Of a stretch of 64,000 bases of DNA, positions 26,914 to 38,211 are shown one piece after another. The stretch comes from Desulfosoma sp. (GTDB lineage Bacteria > Desulfobacterota > Syntrophobacteria > Syntrophobacterales > DSM-9756). A program made the translations under genes and the position numbers. The DNA is taken from the NCBI GenBank assembly GCA_037481835.1, contig JBBFKW010000002.1, forward strand, positions 1-64,000, given 5' to 3'. Within the stretch, counting starts at the first letter, position 1, and every line of letters starts with the position of its first letter. Below the pieces are notes generated by a model. It saw only the letters and a list, made by a program, of their open reading frames with translations. It was not told the origin of the DNA and searched no databases.

Positions 26914-27741
26914 ATGACGCTTCACACGAAACCCGCCATCATCGACTGTCCTTTGGAGGTGCTGGCCGAACTGGACCGACCGGCTCACATGGGACGACTC
27001 CTGCGGGGCCTCATCCACAACATCAACGGGCCGCTGCAAAACATTTCCATGCTCCTGGAACTCATGGAACGCAATCACGCCAAGATCGACGGGCATCTGC
27101 AGTCCGAGCCTGCCGCCGTGCAGGATGCCCTGCGCCCCTTGTGCGACGGCCAGAAAAGCCGCATCCAGCGTATCCTGGATCAGGTCCGGGTTTTTTCCGA
27201 AATGCTCAAGGATTTCATGGTGCTTCAGGAGATCGAGGGCAACGAATCGGAGGTGGAAATCAATCTTATCCTGGAAAAGATGAGCCGGGCCTATCGGGCG
27301 GACCTCTTCTTGAAGCACCATGTGACGGTGACGCTGCGCCCCGCCGCCAAGGTGCCCCTCTTGCGCGTGCGCGGAAGGCACCTCATCCCGGCTCTGGAAC
27401 ATCTCGTGGAAAACGCGGTCCTCTCCATGAGGGCCTCCAAAGAAAAAAACCTGGTCCTTTCTTCCGAAGTGACAGAGGAGCACGTGATCGTGGAAGTCAG
27501 GGATACGGGCTGCGGGCTGCCCAAGGATCGATCCTCGGAAGAGCTCTTTGAGGCTTTCGTCACGGCGTGGCCCGACGATATCCGCTCCGCCGACAAGACC
27601 GCCCGACACATGGGCCTGGGTTTGACCTTGGCTCGAAAACTCCTGGAACCCTACGGCGCCGCCATCGCCTTGAAGCCTGGAGAAAGCGGCGGCACTACGG
27701 CGCGGGTTGTCCTCGCAAAGTCGGGAACTTTTTTCCCATAA
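26914..27741 (+). CDS. Histidine kinase core lacking a sensor domain
   Basis: IHNINGPL H-box, LVENA, DTGCG, GLGL. Alternative GTG start at 26881. Confidence 0.8.
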   Translation: MTLHTKPAIIDCPLEVLAELDRPAHMGRLLRGLIHNINGPLQNISMLLELMERNHAKIDGHLQSEPAAVQDALRPLCDGQKSRIQRILDQVRVFSEMLKDFMVLQEIEGNESEVEINLILEKMSRAYRADLFLKHHVTVTLRPAAKVPLLRVRGRHLIPALEHLVENAVLSMRASKEKNLVLSSEVTEEHVIVEVRDTGCGLPKDRSSEELFEAFVTAWPDDIRSADKTARHMGLGLTLARKLLEPYGAAIALKPGESGGTTARVVLAKSGTFFP

Positions 27742-27821
27742 GTCGGAAAAAATCTCACCACTTTCGGTCTGAGACACCGGTTCCCGTAAGGTTTCGGCGC
27801 TTGCCAAGCCCGCCGTGATCC

Positions 27822-27836
27822 TGGCACAGGGATTGC
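27822..27836 (+). promoter_or_regulatory. Sigma54 promoter
   Basis: TGGCAC-AGGGA-TTGC, exact -24/-12 consensus. Confidence 0.85.
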
Positions 27837-27895
27837 CTATTTGAAACAGTGTTAGAAAATGTTGTCAAACCCAGGATCGGAAGGGGTGAGTTCCC

Positions 27896-28363
27896 ATGAA
27901 AATCCAAAACATTCAGGACCTGAACGGGATCGTTTCCGAGGAAAATCGCAAGGCGGGGCAGACGGGTCCGGCCGGCTCGTCGTTTCAACAACTCTTGGAT
28001 GAGGAAGTGGCGGCCGGGGGCCAGCCGGCATCCGGCGTTCAGGGTCCCATGGCTTCCATCTCGAACGTTTCGAGCCCAATGGGCGTCGTGATGCCCAATG
28101 GAACCGAGGGGATGGCTCCCCTTGTGGGAACGTTCGACGGCGTGTTGGGACAATTGGTGCAGCTGTGCAGCCCCGGCGCACAAGCCCCCGTGGACCTTGA
28201 GGCCGTGGCCCAGGCCCTGACGGATCTCGGCCGGACGGCCGATGAAATCGTACGTCGCACCCAGTCCCTGGCGGAGGATCATCCCGTGCGGCGGCTTGCT
28301 GAAGAGGCGCGGGTTTTGGCTTACGTGGAATCCGTCAAGTGGCGCCGAGGGGATTACCTGTGA
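27896..28363 (+). CDS. Hypothetical protein, probably flagellar regulon
   Basis: Downstream of sigma54 promoter; MKI start, SFQQLL motif, ends WRRGDYL. Confidence 0.7.
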   Translation: MKIQNIQDLNGIVSEENRKAGQTGPAGSSFQQLLDEEVAAGGQPASGVQGPMASISNVSSPMGVVMPNGTEGMAPLVGTFDGVLGQLVQLCSPGAQAPVDLEAVAQALTDLGRTADEIVRRTQSLAEDHPVRRLAEEARVLAYVESVKWRRGDYL

Positions 28364-28677
28364 GCCGCACGGGATGGCGAGCGCGCACGGCGGCCGTCTT
28401 GTGCGGCCTCATGTTGTGGTGCGGCGGTTTGGGAACACGCGGGGAGCTGTGGCGTCGGTGGTTGGCTTTTGCCGAAATGCTTGAGACGAAAGACGCCGTC
28501 ATCTACCGAGCCCAGCCCCAGGATCCGGCGGGGGCTCAGGCCCAGCGCCGGGAAGAGGAACGCAAAGAGGCCGCATCGTGGGAGATGTTGCGGCGGCTCA
28601 CCATCGAAATCGAACGGCCCGAGTCCCATCGGGAACCATCCGTGCCTTCCCGCCCCGAGCCCAAAAGTATTCGGTAA
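28360..28677 (+). CDS. Small hypothetical protein with N-terminal hydrophobic segment
   Basis: GTGA overlap with previous gene; fills the gap before the cheR promoter. Confidence 0.5.
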   Translation: MSRTGWRARTAAVLCGLMLWCGGLGTRGELWRRWLAFAEMLETKDAVIYRAQPQDPAGAQAQRREEERKEAASWEMLRRLTIEIERPESHREPSVPSRPEPKSIR

Positions 28678-28696
28678 TCCCTTCCCATTTTTTTCT

Positions 28697-28724
28697 TAAA
28701 GTCTGCCTTTTGAAATTCCGATGA
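28697..28724 (+). promoter_or_regulatory. Sigma28 promoter of the che operon
   Basis: TAAA-N16-TCCGATGA. Confidence 0.7.
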
Positions 28725-28812
28725 AACAAATGACAAGGCCGCCGGGATGTTTGCGGCGGCGGGCTTATGGACTCCGGGTGTGCGCAGACGGCCTTTTGCG
28801 AAGGGATCGCCC

Positions 28813-29643
28813 ATGCACCGTCTCTCAGAAAGTCTTTTCCAAAAGTTCAGCACCCTGGTCTACCGGGAAGCGGGCATCAACCTCCATGACGGCAAGAAGG
28901 CGCTTCTCGAAGCTCGCCTGGCTAAGAGACTGCGGGCCACCGGAATCGCATCACCTAAGGACTACTTGGAGTTCATCCTCTCGGAAGACGGCCGTGAAGA
29001 ATATGTGAGATTTTTCGACGCCGTATCCACGAACCTCACATTTTTCTTCCGCGAGCCCAAGCATTTTGAATTCCTTGAAAAGGTCGCTCTACCGGAAATC
29101 CTTGAAAGAAGCCGCCGGGATGGGCGTTCGCGGATTCGCATCTGGAGCGCGGGCTGTTCTACGGGAGAAGAACCTTACAGCATCGCCATGACGGTCTTGG
29201 TCGCTTTGGACCATCCCGGGCGCTGGGACTTTCGGGTCTTGGCGACGGACATTTCCACCCGCGTGTTGTCCATAGCCCAGACCGGCGTCTATGACAAAGC
29301 CAAGCTGAACCATGTCCCTCCGGCGTTGCGCCAAAGGTTCTTTGAGCCCGTGACCAACGGAGGACCTGCGAAAAGCTATCGCATCTCCGGGGAGCTCATG
29401 AAAATCGTCGCCTTTCGGCGATTGAACCTCATGGATCCCTTTCCCTTTTCCGGCCCTTTTGATGTCATTTTCTGCCGGAATGTCATGATCTATTTCGACA
29501 AGAAAACCCAGGAGTCCCTCATTCAAAAAATGGCGGCGTATCTCCATGCAGGGGGCTATTTCCTCGTTGGCCATTCCGAAAGCCTGACGGGTTTGAAACA
29601 CTCCTTAAGATACGTCAAGCCCGCGGTCTACCGAAAGCCGTAG
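28813..29643 (+). CDS. cheR: Chemotaxis methyltransferase
   Basis: TNLTFFFRE, IWSAGCSTGEEPYS, FCRNVMIYF, GHSE. Confidence 0.96.
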   Translation: MHRLSESLFQKFSTLVYREAGINLHDGKKALLEARLAKRLRATGIASPKDYLEFILSEDGREEYVRFFDAVSTNLTFFFREPKHFEFLEKVALPEILERSRRDGRSRIRIWSAGCSTGEEPYSIAMTVLVALDHPGRWDFRVLATDISTRVLSIAQTGVYDKAKLNHVPPALRQRFFEPVTNGGPAKSYRISGELMKIVAFRRLNLMDPFPFSGPFDVIFCRNVMIYFDKKTQESLIQKMAAYLHAGGYFLVGHSESLTGLKHSLRYVKPAVYRKP

Positions 29644-29687
29644 TGTTTCGTGGGGTGGTGGATGTCACGTAGGCTGAGAGAGTGCCC

Positions 29688-30170
29688 ATGAATCGTGTGA
29701 TTGTCGGTGTGGCGGATATGGCGGTGAGCCATCATCCTGACGATGTTATCATCACGTACTCCTTGGGATCATGCATCGCCGTGGTGGTCTATGACCCCAG
29801 AGTGTGCGTCGGAGGGATGCTCCATTACATGCTCCCCGAGGCCAGCACGGATCCGGTGAAGGCCCAAACCAAACCGGCCATGTTCGCCGACACGGGAATC
29901 CCGCTCCTTTTTAAGGAGACGTATAAGTACGGGGCGACCAAGAAGAACCTCATCGTCAAGGTTGTGGGCGGCGCCCAAATCCTGGATGAGGACGGAGTCT
30001 TCAACATCGGCAAGCGCAATTACATGATGCTTCGAAAGATCTTTTGGAAAAACAACGTACTCATTGCCGCCGAACATGTGGGGGGTAACGTGAACCGGAC
30101 CGTTCGACTGGAAATGGCCACCGGCCGCGTGATCCTCAAGGTTTCGGGGCTCGGGGAGTTTGAACTGTAG
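29688..30170 (+). CDS. cheD: Chemoreceptor glutamine deamidase
   Basis: LGSCIAV, GGMLHYMLP, KVVGGA, IGKRN. Confidence 0.95.
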   Translation: MNRVIVGVADMAVSHHPDDVIITYSLGSCIAVVVYDPRVCVGGMLHYMLPEASTDPVKAQTKPAMFADTGIPLLFKETYKYGATKKNLIVKVVGGAQILDEDGVFNIGKRNYMMLRKIFWKNNVLIAAEHVGGNVNRTVRLEMATGRVILKVSGLGEFEL

Positions 30171-30190
30171 GGCATGAAGGAAAGACGGCG

Positions 30191-32100
<1,910 letters not shown>

Positions 32101-32215
32101 CCCCGCACCGACGAGCACAACAGGTTGCCGGTGGCACAGCATGAGGTTCTCGAAGGGCTTGCGGTCCGGGTTTTGTTCTGAGGGATCATTGAAAGTACAG
32201 CAAAGGAGTTGAGCC

Positions 32216-32599
32216 GTGGCGTACAAGGATATGAAGGTCTTGGTCGTGGATGATTTCGCCACCATGCGTCGCATCGTCAAAAACATTCTGAGGGAGCTGG
32301 ATTTCAAGGAGATTGTGGAAGCGGAAAACGGCGCGGCGGCGGTCAAGATTTTGGAATCCCAAGACATCGACCTCATCGTCTCCGACTGGAACATGCCCAA
32401 GATGACCGGGTTGGACCTTCTCAAATGGGTTCGAGCCAACGAAAAAACCAAGAACCTGCCGTTTCTCATGGTGACGGCGGAGGCACAAAAGGAAAACGTG
32501 GTGGAAGCCGTGAAGGCCAAAGTGAGCAACTACATCGTCAAGCCCTTTACGGCCGCCGTCATGGCCGAAAAGCTCGCCAAGATTCTCCCTCAAAACTGA
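32216..32599 (+). CDS. cheY: Chemotaxis response regulator
   Basis: VDDFATMRRIV, SDWNMP, MVTAE, YIVKPFT. Confidence 0.96.
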   Translation: MAYKDMKVLVVDDFATMRRIVKNILRELDFKEIVEAENGAAAVKILESQDIDLIVSDWNMPKMTGLDLLKWVRANEKTKNLPFLMVTAEAQKENVVEAVKAKVSNYIVKPFTAAVMAEKLAKILPQN

Positions 32600-32613
32600 G
32601 TGGGAGTGGGACC

Positions 32614-34830
32614 ATGGCCGTGGAACATTTTCCTTCGGAACCTTTGGAGGCTTTGCTATCCCGCCTGGCTGACGGTGTGGTGGCGGGACCCGACGACCTC
32701 ATGGGCATCGGGGAATGCCTCAATGTCATCGAAAGTATCGAAGCCCACGAGAGCACCCCGGATTCCTGGAGGGATGACCTTGAAGCCGTGAAGCGGCTTT
32801 TTCGAGGGATCATCCTGGAGGAATCCGCGGACCCGTCGGCGGACTGGGAAAAGATCCGTGACGTCCTGAAAAAATTTTCCGGAAACGGGCGCGGAGGGGC
32901 CGTGAGCGCCTCCGGGGTCCACGCCGAGGAGCCGCCGCCGGAGACTCAACAGGCGGCGTGCCCCTTGAATGTTTCGGGGGAAGAAGCCGATGAGGATCAC
33001 CCCGCATCGGAAGAAGTCCGGTTGGAAGATGCGGAACTCATCAAGGATTTTATCGAGGAAGCGAAAGAGCACCTTGCGTCCATCGAGCTCAACATCATGT
33101 CCCTGGAAGCGGATCCGACGGACAAGGAAGCCATCAACGCCGTCTTTCGCCCGTTTCATTCCATTAAAGGTGTCGCCGGCTTTCTCAACCTTAGCTCCAT
33201 TCACCACTTGAGCCACGAAGTGGAAAACCTTTTGGACGAGGCCCGATCGGGCGCCATTGACGTGACCGATGCGGTCATTGATGTCGTCTTGCGCGCCGTG
33301 GATATCCTCAAGGTCCTGCTTCAGGAGCTGGAAGCCGCTCTGGGATGCGGCCAGGCGACGCTCTCCGCCGGCTTGGTGGAAAACTTCCTCAAGAGCCTCA
33401 AGGCCTTTGATTCGGCCCGGCATGTGCCCGCTGCCGGCGCCCAAAAGCGGCCCAAGGTCGGGGAAATTCTCGTTCAAAAGGGGCTGGTGGAACCCGAGGT
33501 TGTGGAGAAGGCAATTCATGAGGCCAAGAAAAGGGGGAAGAAAGTCGGCGAAGTGCTCGTGGAAGAAGGGGTGCTCAGCCCCCAAGACGTGGCCATCGCC
33601 CTTCGGGAGCAGCGCCGTTACCAGGAAAACACGGCCTCGGTTCGCGTGGATACGGCCAAACTGGACAATCTGGTGGACATGGTGGGGGAACTGGTCATCG
33701 CCCAGTCCATGGTGCTTCAGAACCCGGAGGTGCAGGCCATCAGGGACCAGAAGTTCCAAAAGGATTCCGTCCAGCTGCGGCGCATCACGGCGGAACTGCA
33801 GCGCATTTCCATGTCCCTGCGGATGGTCCCCATCAAGAGCACGTTCCAGAAGCTCATCCGGCTGGTTCGGGATCTTTCCAAAAAATCCGGCAAGGACGTG
33901 CGGTTAGAGATGCGAGGGGAAGAGACCGAAATCGACCGGAACATGGTCGAAGAGATTTACGAGCCGCTGGTGCACATGATTCGAAATGCCGTGGATCACG
34001 GTCTGGAACTGCCCGAAGAACGAAAGGCCCGCGGCAAGGATCCCTGTGGGACCATTTATCTGAGCGCCGAACAGAAAGGCGGGAACATCATCATCGAACT
34101 GCGAGACGACGGCCGGGGTCTGGATGCGCAGAAGATCCGGGCCAAGGCCGTGGAACGGGGTCTGATCGGGCCGGATGAGGTCTTAGAAGAAAGGGCCCTG
34201 TTCGAACTCATCTTTCACCCGGGGTTTTCCACCAAAGACGAGGTGACGGACGTTTCCGGGCGCGGCGTGGGCATGGATGTGGTGCGACGCAGCGTGGAAG
34301 AACTGCGCGGGAAGCTGGAGGTGAGCAGCGTGCCGGGCCAGGGCACCCGCTTCGAGTTGAAGCTGCCCCTGACTATGGCCATCATCGACGGCATGGTCAT
34401 CTGCGTCGGTTCCGAACGGTACGTGGTGCCCACGGTGGCCCTGCGGGAATCCCTCCGGCCGTCCCGGGAAGCCTACCTCACCGTCCATGGTTCGGAAGAG
34501 ATGATCAAGGTCAGAAACCAGCTCATGCCGCTTATCCGGCTTCATAAAATGTTCGGCGTGGCACCTCGATACACCGACCCGTGGGACGCCCTCATTCTCG
34601 TCGTCAATGAGGACCAGAAATCCTATTGCCTCCTGGCCGATGAAATCATTGGGCGACAAGAGGTGGTCATCAAGAGCCTCGGGGCGGGGCTGCGCCATGT
34701 GAAGGGACTTTCGGGCGGGGCGATCCTGGGCGACGGCAAGGTCGCCCTGATCCTGGACGTGAAAGGCATTGTGAGCGGCTACGAAGAAGGTGGACACCAT
34801 GGATATGATCGGCAAAGACGAGTGGCGTGA
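32614..34830 (+). CDS. cheA: Chemotaxis histidine kinase with MshEN-like insert
   Basis: Hpt FHSIKG, dimerisation domain, RNAVDHG, SGRGVGMDVV, C-terminal CheW-like domain. Confidence 0.96.
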   Translation: MAVEHFPSEPLEALLSRLADGVVAGPDDLMGIGECLNVIESIEAHESTPDSWRDDLEAVKRLFRGIILEESADPSADWEKIRDVLKKFSGNGRGGAVSASGVHAEEPPPETQQAACPLNVSGEEADEDHPASEEVRLEDAELIKDFIEEAKEHLASIELNIMSLEADPTDKEAINAVFRPFHSIKGVAGFLNLSSIHHLSHEVENLLDEARSGAIDVTDAVIDVVLRAVDILKVLLQELEAALGCGQATLSAGLVENFLKSLKAFDSARHVPAAGAQKRPKVGEILVQKGLVEPEVVEKAIHEAKKRGKKVGEVLVEEGVLSPQDVAIALREQRRYQENTASVRVDTAKLDNLVDMVGELVIAQSMVLQNPEVQAIRDQKFQKDSVQLRRITAELQRISMSLRMVPIKSTFQKLIRLVRDLSKKSGKDVRLEMRGEETEIDRNMVEEIYEPLVHMIRNAVDHGLELPEERKARGKDPCGTIYLSAEQKGGNIIIELRDDGRGLDAQKIRAKAVERGLIGPDEVLEERALFELIFHPGFSTKDEVTDVSGRGVGMDVVRRSVEELRGKLEVSSVPGQGTRFELKLPLTMAIIDGMVICVGSERYVVPTVALRESLRPSREAYLTVHGSEEMIKVRNQLMPLIRLHKMFGVAPRYTDPWDALILVVNEDQKSYCLLADEIIGRQEVVIKSLGAGLRHVKGLSGGAILGDGKVALILDVKGIVSGYEEGGHHGYDRQRRVA

Positions 34831-36202
34831 TCTCTTGCAGCTTGTGGACGATGTGGAGAGAGCGGTCACGGAAACGGACGTGGACCCTGAGTCGGCCTGG
34901 GATCGTTGTTCCGACGCCCTGAAAACCCTAAGCAGCACGGCGGCCATGCTGGGCATGGAAGGGCTGGCGAAAGCGGGCGGCGCCCTGGAAGCCCACCTGG
35001 AACACAAGGTGCGTGGCAACGGCACGATGTCAGGCGAAGGGCGTTCGGTTTTCCAGTTCGCCGTGAACGCCCTGAAGGAACAGATGAGCCATGCGTCACG
35101 TTCTGAAGGGGCGCAGGACATCGATCCGCAGGAGGTCCTTTCCTTTGTGGAGGATGCGGACGAGGGCGCGGAAACCGAGGAGCCCGGAGTTCCATTGGGC
35201 GAGGCTCTTGCTGAGGATGATGCTGATGAAGACGCCGTGATCGATCGGCTGGTTGGGACCCCTCCGCGCGCTGCGGCGCTGTCGAGGGAGGTCGACGAGC
35301 ACAGAGGCGTTTCTGCCATTGAAGATTTTTGCCGGAGAGTGCAGGGCTCTGTGTGTCGGTTTGACGACGGCGCTGGGTGTCCCGTGGCGCACATCCAGGT
35401 TCCCTTAACCCCAGAAGCTCTCGAACGGCTGGAGACACTTCTCAACCCGGCAGGAAGGCTGGAAAACCTTCGCGTGAAGGTTTCTTCTGATGAGAGCAAG
35501 GTCACGGAGACCGTGCTTGAGGCCATCAAAGAATTCATGCAGGCCCTTTCCGACGGCGATCTCTCGAGGGCGGAAAAGATTCTCGGGGAGCTTGCCGAAA
35601 GCCGCCACCCCGGTCTTTACCAGGAAATCGGGGGAATCGCCAGGGAGCTGCACAATTCTTTGCGGGACTTCGTCCGCACCATGGACCCCTCTTTGCGGGA
35701 AATGGTGGAGGAAAAGATTCCCGATTCGGGAAATCGTCTGGAGCACATCATCAAACTCACCGAAACGGCGGCCAACACGACCTTGGATCATGTGGAAGCC
35801 CTGCAGAAAAGAAACGAAAAGGATCAGGAACGACTGGAAGCCATCGGTGAGGTCTTGAGCGGGCTGCACCCCCTGGGAGAGGGCGCTCAAAAGAGGTTGG
35901 ACGAGGCGGTGGCGGCCGTCCGGGAGCTCTTGGGATCGGCGCAAAAAAGCCACGAGGATTTGATCAGGATCCTCACGGCCCAGGACTATCAGGACCTCAC
36001 AGGCCAGATCATTATGAAGATCATGGCCCTTCTCGAAGATTTGGAAACCAAGCTGGTCCAGCTCATCGCCAAATTCGGCGTCAAGGTGGATAAAGCGAGG
36101 AAGGTTAAGGACGAGCTTTACGGACCCGCCCACGAAGCGGTGGAAGACGCCCTGCATTCCCAGAGCGATGTGGATGCGCTCCTAGCGGAATTCGGATTTT
36201 AA
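34799..36202 (+). CDS. cheZ: CheZ phosphatase with long N-terminal extension
   Basis: AQDYQDLTGQ catalytic motif and SQSDVDALLAEFGF C-terminus. Confidence 0.88.
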   Translation: MDMIGKDEWRDLLQLVDDVERAVTETDVDPESAWDRCSDALKTLSSTAAMLGMEGLAKAGGALEAHLEHKVRGNGTMSGEGRSVFQFAVNALKEQMSHASRSEGAQDIDPQEVLSFVEDADEGAETEEPGVPLGEALAEDDADEDAVIDRLVGTPPRAAALSREVDEHRGVSAIEDFCRRVQGSVCRFDDGAGCPVAHIQVPLTPEALERLETLLNPAGRLENLRVKVSSDESKVTETVLEAIKEFMQALSDGDLSRAEKILGELAESRHPGLYQEIGGIARELHNSLRDFVRTMDPSLREMVEEKIPDSGNRLEHIIKLTETAANTTLDHVEALQKRNEKDQERLEAIGEVLSGLHPLGEGAQKRLDEAVAAVRELLGSAQKSHEDLIRILTAQDYQDLTGQIIMKIMALLEDLETKLVQLIAKFGVKVDKARKVKDELYGPAHEAVEDALHSQSDVDALLAEFGF

Positions 36203-36209
36203 AAGAAAC

Positions 36210-36264
36210 CACGGTCGGGAGGGAGGGGCGGCGGGTTCGAGGTTACCCCTCCCTGTGATCCGTG
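36210..36264. terminator. Hairpin between convergent cheZ and GGDEF genes
   Basis: CACGG..AGGGAGGGG pairs with CCCCTCCCT..CCGTG. Confidence 0.6.
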
Positions 36265-36310
36265 AAGGAACTCGTCCTTAGCTCCGACGAAGGTGGAGGG
36301 GCGGAGAAGT

Positions 36311-37759
36311 TCAATCCGCGGCGACACAATTTCGACCGCGCTTTTTCGCCTCATAGAGGGCCGCATCGGCCCGTTCAAAAAGGTGCTGAGGGGACTCCTC
36401 GTCGACTCTTGTCTGCGCCACCCCCACACTGATGGTCAAGGGAACCCTTTGACCCTGGTAGAGAAATCGGGTTTTTTCCACGCAGCTTCTCAGCTTTTCC
36501 GCAACCGCTATGGCCCCTTCCGCCTCAATGCCCGGCAGAATGACCGCAAATTCTTCCCCGCCGTATCGCGAGAGAAAATCGGACTTTCTGAGAACGGCTC
36601 CCATGCGTCGGGTGACCTCCTTGAGGCACTGATCCCCCGTGGTGTGGCCGTAGAGGTCGTTGACCCGCTTGAAGTGGTCCAGATCGATCACCAGGAGGGA
36701 AAAGCCCTGACCATAGCGTTGGAACCGATGAAATTCCTCCTGCAGGCGAATATCGAAGGCCCTGCGGTTGTGGATCCCGGTGAGAGGGTCTTGAACCGCT
36801 TGTTGCTCCAGGATGCGCGTTTTTTCCTGCATGTGGGAAATTTCGTGCTTCATTTTCTTCAGGGCCTGCTGGAGGGCCTCGGTGTTTTGATCCGCCGTGC
36901 GATGGCGGGATTCATCCTGTTCGCGCTTTTCTTTCAAAAACTTTTTGATGGTGGCGAGCTTGGATTCCACAACGATCTTGAGTTCCTCCAGAGTGCGGGT
37001 CAGATTGACCGAATCGCGCATTTCCTGCATCTGCCCGTCCAGAGTGGCGGCGAAGACCTCGTTGGCTTCTTTGGCCTCTCGGCTGTGGCGGACCGTGGTG
37101 TGAAGCATGGTTTCCATTTCCACCAGGTCTTGGCCGATTTCCGTGAAAAATCGGGCCACACGGGACCGTTCCACCGTGACGGACTCATTGAACTCTCGAG
37201 CCAAATCCGCCAAGAGGCGGGTGCCGACGAGGAGATCGTCGAAAGAACGGCAGGCGTCGAGCTTGGCGGAGACGGTTTCCCACTTTTTATGGTAAGCTTC
37301 CCCGAAATCGCTGCGCAGAGAATCCATCACCAGGCGATGGGCATTGAGGAAGTCAGGGAGGGGAGGAAGGGGTGCGGAGAGGCCCGAAAGCGGCCTGGCG
37401 GAACCTCCGTCGTCCCCGGCAGCCCCTCCGCTACAGGTTTCCTGCAGAGACCATGTCTTGATCTGCTGGATATCTCGGTCCACTTGGTCCCAATCGGGAT
37501 CGCCGGCCAACAATCGGTCTTTTAGCCCGTCGAGGGCGTCCGAGGTCTTGGGGTCTGCCAAAGGCTTGACCATAGACATGAGATGAAGGAGAGACCGCCG
37601 AAAGATGTCCGTGAGATGCTCTTTCTGCTGCTTCAAATCGAAAATGTCTTTCATAAGGTCGTTTTTCTGACTCCGAATCCGCTGGACCTGTTCCCTGAGG
37701 GCCTCCATCCGTTGAACGTCGGAAAGGGTGCCGTCACTTCCTGAAAATCTGTTCGGCAT
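36311..37759 (-). CDS. Diguanylate cyclase with coiled-coil N-terminus
   Basis: DPLTG, DLDHFK.VND, RKSD I-site five residues before GGEEF. Alternative start 37789 (ATGA overlap). Confidence 0.92.
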   Translation of the reverse strand: MPNRFSGSDGTLSDVQRMEALREQVQRIRSQKNDLMKDIFDLKQQKEHLTDIFRRSLLHLMSMVKPLADPKTSDALDGLKDRLLAGDPDWDQVDRDIQQIKTWSLQETCSGGAAGDDGGSARPLSGLSAPLPPLPDFLNAHRLVMDSLRSDFGEAYHKKWETVSAKLDACRSFDDLLVGTRLLADLAREFNESVTVERSRVARFFTEIGQDLVEMETMLHTTVRHSREAKEANEVFAATLDGQMQEMRDSVNLTRTLEELKIVVESKLATIKKFLKEKREQDESRHRTADQNTEALQQALKKMKHEISHMQEKTRILEQQAVQDPLTGIHNRRAFDIRLQEEFHRFQRYGQGFSLLVIDLDHFKRVNDLYGHTTGDQCLKEVTRRMGAVLRKSDFLSRYGGEEFAVILPGIEAEGAIAVAEKLRSCVEKTRFLYQGQRVPLTISVGVAQTRVDEESPQHLFERADAALYEAKKRGRNCVAAD

Positions 37760-37785
37760 GGTCTTCTCCATCATGTTCAAACAGT

Positions 37786-38001
37786 TCATGCCTTTTCTCC
37801 GGATGAGAAATCGGGGCGCTTCTTTTCTCGAAAAAACTGGCATGGGTATCCCGAGGAGGCGCACACGCTCAGGCTCGGATGGTGCCGGCTTCTGATTCCC
37901 CAGGCACGGCAGCCGTAAGGGGCGCGCGGATCCCACGTCATGGCGAAATGCACGCACCGCGGACAGTAAACCGTCGATGATTCCTGCGATAAAGACGGCA
38001 T
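37786..38001 (-). CDS. Small Cys-rich protein (CxxCxHF..TWD...P.GC...C), likely metal-binding
   Basis: GGAGGAG RBS; patterned Cys/His/Trp motif; stop overlaps an ATG of the cyclase ORF. Confidence 0.75.
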   Translation of the reverse strand: MPSLSQESSTVYCPRCVHFAMTWDPRAPYGCRAWGIRSRHHPSLSVCASSGYPCQFFREKKRPDFSSGEKA

Positions 38002-38075
38002 GGCTTTGTGCGCTCCTCCCAAAATTCTTCGGCTCAAACCCGGCCTTCCACGGCTCCCACGGCATCCTCATAAGA

Positions 38076-38092
38076 AGCATATCGCATGCCAG
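38076..38092 (-). promoter_or_regulatory. Sigma54 promoter for the Cys-protein/DGC operon
   Basis: Minus strand CTGGCAT-GCGAT-ATGCT (GG-N10-GC). Confidence 0.7.
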
Positions 38093-38159
38093 ATCCCTTT
38101 TCGGAACTGCGCCCGCGCAGCTCCGCGGAGCCCGGAGGCTTCAGAGCGGAAGATATTTC

Positions 38160-38187
38160 TCAAGTCCTGGGCAAAATCTTCCGATAT
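38160..38187 (+). promoter_or_regulatory. Sigma28 promoter of the flgM unit
   Basis: TCAA-N16-TCCGATAT. Confidence 0.7.
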
Positions 38188-38211
38188 ATTAAGCGAAGGA
38201 GAAAATCGGCT

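Noticed and set aside
32131..32148. Sigma54 promoter upstream of the second cheY
   Set aside because: TGGCAC is present but the -12 position reads GG instead of GC.
37790..38080. N-terminal extension of the 589-aa GGDEF ORF
   Set aside because: Overlaps the better-supported small Cys-rich gene and the sigma54 promoter.
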